Source: Candidatus Hodarchaeota archaeon (GTDB taxonomy: Archaea > Asgardarchaeota > Heimdallarchaeia > Hodarchaeales > Hodarchaeaceae). From it: 11,481 nucleotides of DNA. The stretch spans positions 1 to 11,481 of the forward strand of contig JAEOTC010000274.1 in the NCBI GenBank assembly GCA_016840035.1, written 5' to 3'. The notes below the pieces were generated by a model that saw only the letters and a list, made by a program, of their open reading frames with translations, searched no databases and was not told the DNA's origin. Below are positions 6,740 to 11,481 of the stretch, one piece after another. The position numbers and the translations under genes are program-made. The first letter of the stretch is position 1, and each line of letters starts with the position of its first letter.

Positions 6740-8482
6740 TTGTCACTGAAGAAGGGAGCTCTCTCAAAAATAAGAGAGAAAATACGAAAAAAACCAGATT
6801 ATGCCAAATTGATCGGTAAATATCATAAACAAATACAATCACACCCAGAGGATACTGAACCATATTTACTTCGAGCAGAAGTCTATATGACAATAAAAGA
6901 CTATCCTAGTGCCATTAAAGATTATACACAAGTATTAAAATTAAAACCCGACTTGGCAGAGGCTTATTGTAATCGGGGAGGGGCATATGGCAGACTAGGT
7001 GAATTTGAAAAAAGCCTCACCGACTATGCAGAGGCGATACGGTTAGATCCCCAAAATGCAGCTTATTTTCATTTTAGAGCGTATACACAGTATGTTGCAG
7101 GGGATTATCATCCTGCTCTCAGAGATTATTCACAGGCGCTCAGAATAAATCCATTATTAGCGATCAGTCATGCAGGTAGAGGAGACTGTTATTTTGCGAT
7201 GGAAAATTACCCGAAAGCAATCGAAGAATTTTCACAGGCATTAAAGCTGGCTGATCAATATTCCGAAACTAATGACGAAAGAGATCGAAAAGCTCAAGCA
7301 ATATTGATACAAAGAGGATTTGCATATTCACGTACAAAAGATACAGTGAGAGCGAATGACGATTTTTCTCGGGTAATCAAGATTAATCCAAAAAGAATAG
7401 ATGCATGGGGAAGTCGGGGGATGAATCATCTATATCGAGGAGAGTTTGACAAGGCAAAAGCTGATTTCAATAAGTGTATAGAATTAGATCCTACTGATTT
7501 TTTGGGATATTTCAATCGGGGAAATGCTCTGTTCTATAACCACCAATTTCGTGAAGCAATTCCAGATTTTACCAAGACCATAGAATTGAATCCAAATGAT
7601 CAACAGGCGATCCTTAATCGAGGGAACTGTTGGCGAGAATTGGGAGAGAATGAAAAAGCATTAGCAGACTATGCACTGGCGATATCGATCAACGAAGAAT
7701 ATGTCAATGCACATCTTAACCAAGGATCGGTGCTATTACGGATAGAAAAATATGATGAAGCCATCCAGAGTTTTAATAAAGTAATTGAATTGGACTCGGA
7801 GAATAAAGGTGCCTATTCTAACAGATCCATCGCTTACGAAGCTAAAGAAGAATATGAACAGGCATTAGCAGATGCAACAAAAGCTATCAGCTTGGATCCG
7901 AGCTATATGCAAGCTTATCATAATCGGGGAAGCATATACCTAAAGCAAGAAGAATATGCAAAAGCTTATTCCGAATTTTCTAAAGCAATTGAATTATCTG
8001 AAAATCCGGGTGCTTATCATTGGAGAGCGGAAGCCGCAGTCAAACAACAAAAATATGAAAATGCAATTCGGGATTGGACCCTTAGTGGCTTTCGGTATTT
8101 TCGTCATAGAATGTTTGAACAAGCCCAAAAGGCATTCAAACTCGCCTATGAGACAATGGATGAACAGGAGCTCATTACCGAAGAAGGGTTACTCGCAGCA
8201 TTGATGATTTTTACCTCAAGTCGTGATCCCGAAGTTGAAAGCATATTTGCCATATTACAACAGGAGGATTTGGATAAGCTTCACGACTTGATTTTAATTA
8301 AGTATTTAGAGCTAGTAAGAGAATATTTATGGGATCCTACCCAAGTATCAGAATCAGTTGAACGACTAGAAAATCTGAAAGATGAAATAAAAGCGTCTAA
8401 AAACCTTGAAACTAGAAAGAAAGCTTATTATCTGATACTCGGGATCGTGATGCGACAGAAGCTCTTGCAAAAGAGGAAATAA
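6740..8482 (+). CDS. Tetratricopeptide-repeat protein (~12 TPRs plus a C-terminal helical region), soluble
   Basis: 34-aa periodic motif AY.NRG..Y...g.ye.A..Df.kAi.l.P from aa ~39 to ~456 (4 repeats, an ~11-aa insertion, then 8 repeats). TTG start with GAGGT at 6730-6734. No signal peptide or TM seen. Confidence 0.95.
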   Translation: MSLKKGALSKIREKIRKKPDYAKLIGKYHKQIQSHPEDTEPYLLRAEVYMTIKDYPSAIKDYTQVLKLKPDLAEAYCNRGGAYGRLGEFEKSLTDYAEAIRLDPQNAAYFHFRAYTQYVAGDYHPALRDYSQALRINPLLAISHAGRGDCYFAMENYPKAIEEFSQALKLADQYSETNDERDRKAQAILIQRGFAYSRTKDTVRANDDFSRVIKINPKRIDAWGSRGMNHLYRGEFDKAKADFNKCIELDPTDFLGYFNRGNALFYNHQFREAIPDFTKTIELNPNDQQAILNRGNCWRELGENEKALADYALAISINEEYVNAHLNQGSVLLRIEKYDEAIQSFNKVIELDSENKGAYSNRSIAYEAKEEYEQALADATKAISLDPSYMQAYHNRGSIYLKQEEYAKAYSEFSKAIELSENPGAYHWRAEAAVKQQKYENAIRDWTLSGFRYFRHRMFEQAQKAFKLAYETMDEQELITEEGLLAALMIFTSSRDPEVESIFAILQQEDLDKLHDLILIKYLELVREYLWDPTQVSESVERLENLKDEIKASKNLETRKKAYYLILGIVMRQKLLQKRK

Positions 8483-8514
8483 TAAGAAAAAATCATCTTG
8501 GCAAAGGGAAAAAC

Positions 8515-10023
8515 ATGACATCTAATAGACCAGAGGAAGAAAAAACCACACAAATCGAATATGATAGTCCAAAAAGTTTTCTAGACAAAAATAATGCAAC
8601 AACACGGTTACTAGTAACCTTAGGTGTTATAGTAATCTACTTTATACTTACCATGATGCGGTTACCAGGAATTGACTTGGGTGAAGGAGATCCACTGTCA
8701 ACTATACGTATTATAGGTGCATCAAGTAATGGATCCCTCGTCGAATTAGGAATACTGCCGATTCTAATAGCTGGATTGACGATGTACATCTTACTGAAAT
8801 TTAATCTTTACGAACTCGATCCAGAAAAGCAAGTCGAACGAACTCGGTACAATAATGTGAGAATGATATTGAGTATCCTAATTACAATCATCCTAGCATT
8901 TGCTCTGACGATTTCAGGAATATATGGAACAGACCTGGATATAATTTCACAATTAGCGATAATCATTCAGCTTACTGTTGTTGGAATCCTGATAGTCTGC
9001 CTAGTGGAGCTCATAAATAGAGGTTGGGGATACGGATCAGGAATTTCACTTATTTTGGCAACTGGAATAGGACTACGCGTTATGAGGGCTTTTCTAGCAC
9101 CAAATAATATCTTAGAAGGGCCCGCAGAGGTTACTTCTGCACGAGGAATAATCTGGGCAGTTCTATATTGGACACTGGAACTAGGACCTGTTAAGGCATT
9201 CAACTATTTATTCTTCCGCTATAGCATCGATCCAACTCATAATTTAAATTTACCGTCATTATCACTATTTTCTGTCTATTTAGCAGGTATAGGTTTCCTT
9301 GTAATTGTAATAATGGAGCTTCTAATATCAAGAAAGCGTAACCAAGGACATACACATCCAAAATTAGAAAAGTTGACATCACCTGTCATACCCATTGTTT
9401 TAATAACAACGACATTGGCAATAGTCAGGTTCTTCAGCCTTTTCATCTGGAATATGAGTGGAAGAGACGGATCTTCATCAATATTAACATGGATATTGGG
9501 TGATTATAGATTAGAACTGACAACTGAACAGTATGTTCCAATCGGAGGATTAGCGTATTTTACGACTCCACTTTCAACATTCATGGCTGATCTGGCTCTT
9601 GATCCAATAGCAGCAATTTCACATGGAGTCATATATGCAGCAGTCTTTTTTGGACTGTACATGATGTTTAGTAGGATAAATTTCTGGATAGCCAATAAGA
9701 ATGGAGGTGTTTCAGGTATACAAAAACTGGGTACCCAGTGGCTTCTAATTGGGATAACCTGCGTGATACTGGATATGTTTAGTGTTCTTGGGGTTGGTTT
9801 GGGAATAATCATCTTCACATTGATAATTATGGACTATTATCACCTGTTTACCAGTGACCACTCCCCTGAGTTCATAAGATTCGATCTAGCCCAGTTAGAT
9901 AAGGAAAAAACTGACCGTTCACAGAATATAAGAATTTCTGGAGGCCTTTTCTGGGTAATCCTAGTTTTATTTGAGGTTACATTATTTATCGTCAGCGTGT
10001 TCTTCCAAATATTCTTTAATTAG
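8515..10023 (+). CDS. secY: Divergent SecY/Sec61alpha paralog with truncated cytosolic loops and an extra C-terminal TM helix
   Basis: Plug/TM2 DPLSTIRIIGASSNGSLVELGILPILIAG (Sec61alpha: [29 protein letters not shown]), TM4-5 IQL...LVELINRGWGYGSGISLILATG ([20 protein letters not shown]), TM7 IPIVL, GGLAYF..P...DPI before TM8, TM10 LGVGLGIII...IMDYY. Not flanked by ribosomal-protein genes or adk. Confidence 0.9.
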   Translation: MTSNRPEEEKTTQIEYDSPKSFLDKNNATTRLLVTLGVIVIYFILTMMRLPGIDLGEGDPLSTIRIIGASSNGSLVELGILPILIAGLTMYILLKFNLYELDPEKQVERTRYNNVRMILSILITIILAFALTISGIYGTDLDIISQLAIIIQLTVVGILIVCLVELINRGWGYGSGISLILATGIGLRVMRAFLAPNNILEGPAEVTSARGIIWAVLYWTLELGPVKAFNYLFFRYSIDPTHNLNLPSLSLFSVYLAGIGFLVIVIMELLISRKRNQGHTHPKLEKLTSPVIPIVLITTTLAIVRFFSLFIWNMSGRDGSSSILTWILGDYRLELTTEQYVPIGGLAYFTTPLSTFMADLALDPIAAISHGVIYAAVFFGLYMMFSRINFWIANKNGGVSGIQKLGTQWLLIGITCVILDMFSVLGVGLGIIIFTLIIMDYYHLFTSDHSPEFIRFDLAQLDKEKTDRSQNIRISGGLFWVILVLFEVTLFIVSVFFQIFFN

Positions 10024-11481
10024 TTTCCCTTCTGTAGAAATGTGTGAAGAGAAAAAATAAGAGAATTGTGAATGAGAAAGAAAGAGTAGGAGACTGCTGG
10101 GAAGTAGTGCTGCTATGAGTTGTAGTGGAAGAAAACGACGAATTTAGTGGTATAGTAGGTAAAGATGTCGTAAGAAATGAAGAATTCATCAAAAAAGTAG
10201 TAAAAGAATATGCGGGTATGTGTAGAGAGACATCGGTGGTAGGAAAAGGACTAATGAGACTTTCTATGCCGTTATAAACAGTCACAATATTATCAATACT
10301 TGGGATCTCACACGCATCTACACCAGACTGAACGAGGAGATTGGAAAAATTGCCACTCCACACAAGCGTAGAATCACCACGATTAGCAAATAAAATTGCG
10401 AGATCACCCCGAGGACCTCGATATCCCTGAATGACACCCTGGGGAACATTGAGACCAGGAAGAGAAATCATTGGACAATCAGTCCATAGGAAAGGAAACA
10501 ACAAATCCCCATCTCGGAAGAATTGATAATCATCTAATTTACGAGTTAAATAAGCAGAAATTAATGCTTCATAGGATTTGGTAGAAATCGACAAACGGGA
10601 AGGAGAAATTAGAGTTGCAGCACCAGGAAAATAGCCATCCTTAAGACTTTCTGACAAACCCCAGAAAAAAAGGGGAAAATTAACTGGATTAATATCAGGA
10701 CGTCCACTAGTCAACAGATAGGGATGATAAACAAAACTAAAGAGGGGGATACTCTTCCCTGTGGGAAACCAGTTATTACGTTCATAGCTAGTATGATAAC
10801 TCCAAAATAGATCAATAGTACTCAGATAAGTTTCAACAACATTTTCTGAAGCTAATCCCGCATCGGGATTGAAGGTATGCATGGCATCCCGAGTTCGAGT
10901 TAAAAGCTGGTTTTCTGCTATTTGCCACCAGCTACCTGAGCCAGGGGGGTGAGAGGGTACATCACGATAATCAAACATAGGTGGGGCCACACTAATCTGA
11001 TCTAAATATAGAAGATCAGCTTGAAAATCACGGACAGCCGTTACAGAATAATTAAGAACGATTTCCTGCCACCAATCAGAAGAAGGATCCGCTACAGCGC
11101 CTGTAAGATAGGGAGTATAGGTTTCAGTATAAATTGAATCTCGATACCCTGTAAGAAATTCCTGATTTTGCGTAAATGTATCAGTCGAGACATCCACCAA
11201 TCGTCCGTTAAAATACAACATAACTTTAGCAGAGGCAGAATGGGCATCATTAATCCCTTCAACTAGCTTAACATTGCCGTCACGGGCGGGATAATAATCA
11301 GGATATCCACGATCAAAACCATCACGCCCCCATCCCCACCACTCAAGTAAAAAGTCGGAAGATAATCCTTTCTGAGTGAGATGGGTTGGAAACATTCCCA
11401 TATTATCAACGGTTTCCCCTTCGAGGACAATATTTCCCGTATCATGGTCAGTGACATACGATGATCCTTTCCAGACGTAAT
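10016..11481 (-). CDS. Putative glycoside hydrolase (DUF6259-like TIM barrel) with S/T-rich linker and C-terminal membrane anchor; 5'-partial
   Basis: Motifs WWGW...YPDYYP, MLYFNGRL, DP...WQ, ADLLYLDQIS, HPPG.G.WW, SENVVETY and PLFSFVYH resemble DUF6259/GH36-like barrels. The end is SSTTTHSSTTSQQSPTLSFSFTILLFFLFTHFYRRETN. The frame stays open from 11401 to the window edge (YVWKGSSYVTDHDTGNIVLEGETVDN-MGMF), so the real start is outside. Overlaps the secY-like 3' end by 8 nt. Confidence 0.7.
   Translation of the reverse strand, partial: YVWKGSSYVTDHDTGNIVLEGETVDNMGMFPTHLTQKGLSSDFLLEWWGWGRDGFDRGYPDYYPARDGNVKLVEGINDAHSASAKVMLYFNGRLVDVSTDTFTQNQEFLTGYRDSIYTETYTPYLTGAVADPSSDWWQEIVLNYSVTAVRDFQADLLYLDQISVAPPMFDYRDVPSHPPGSGSWWQIAENQLLTRTRDAMHTFNPDAGLASENVVETYLSTIDLFWSYHTSYERNNWFPTGKSIPLFSFVYHPYLLTSGRPDINPVNFPLFFWGLSESLKDGYFPGAATLISPSRLSISTKSYEALISAYLTRKLDDYQFFRDGDLLFPFLWTDCPMISLPGLNVPQGVIQGYRGPRGDLAILFANRGDSTLVWSGNFSNLLVQSGVDACEIPSIDNIVTVYNGIESLISPFPTTDVSLHIPAYSFTTFLMNSSFLTTSLPTIPLNSSFSSTTTHSSTTSQQSPTLSFSFTILLFFLFTHFYRRETN

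Noticed and set aside
727-6960. 13-nt direct match CCGACTTGGCAGA at 727-739 and 6948-6960
   Set aside because: Both copies encode D-L-A-E inside unrelated CDS. No mobile-element genes are present, so this is likely chance.
6970-7930. Recurring AATCGGGG/AATCGAGG words at roughly 102-nt multiples
   Set aside because: These are the N-R-G codons of TPR repeats, not a CRISPR array or DNA-level repeat.
5943-8204. ORFs 5943-6167 (+), 6702-6893 (-) and 7956-8204 (+)
   Set aside because: Antisense or out-of-frame overlaps with the longin-roadblock and TPR genes, with no protein-like features.
8967-9818. Minus-strand ORFs 8967-9203, 9200-9382 and 9504-9818
   Set aside because: Antisense to the secY paralog.
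8515-10023. Reading the gene as the housekeeping secY or as a pseudogene
   Set aside because: The context lacks ribosomal genes and the ribosome-binding loop is missing, which argues against housekeeping. The uninterrupted 502-codon frame with all TM motifs argues against a pseudogene. Neither is fully excluded without the genome.
11263-11457. 64-aa minus-strand ORF as a separate gene or a frameshifted N-terminus of the hydrolase
   Set aside because: The hydrolase frame is itself open to the window edge, so no frameshift is needed.

Overview
AT-rich archaeal DNA, most likely from an Asgard archaeon (inferred from an Arf-family GTPase, a longin-roadblock protein and a eukaryote-like Sec61alpha plug motif). 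There are ten plausible CDS, and the first and last are probably cut by the window edges. In order: a tandem TrmB-like wHTH protein, an Arf-like small GTPase, a membrane-tethered wHTH regulator, a surface protein with two ~218-aa repeats, a CPBP intramembrane protease (-), a longin-roadblock fusion (-), a small acidic-tailed membrane protein, a ~12-repeat TPR protein, a divergent SecY/Sec61alpha paralog, and a convergent C-terminally anchored DUF6259-like glycoside hydrolase (-). The best candidate for a new system is the apparent operon at 6279-10023. Its SecY paralog lies outside the ribosomal-protein operon, has lost most of ribosome-binding loop 8/9, has hydrophobic residues at the lateral-gate polar cluster and carries an extra Sec61beta-like C-terminal helix. 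With the TPR protein and the small membrane protein it may form a ribosome-independent accessory translocon. All family assignments are by eye against remembered consensus sequences; no searches were run.
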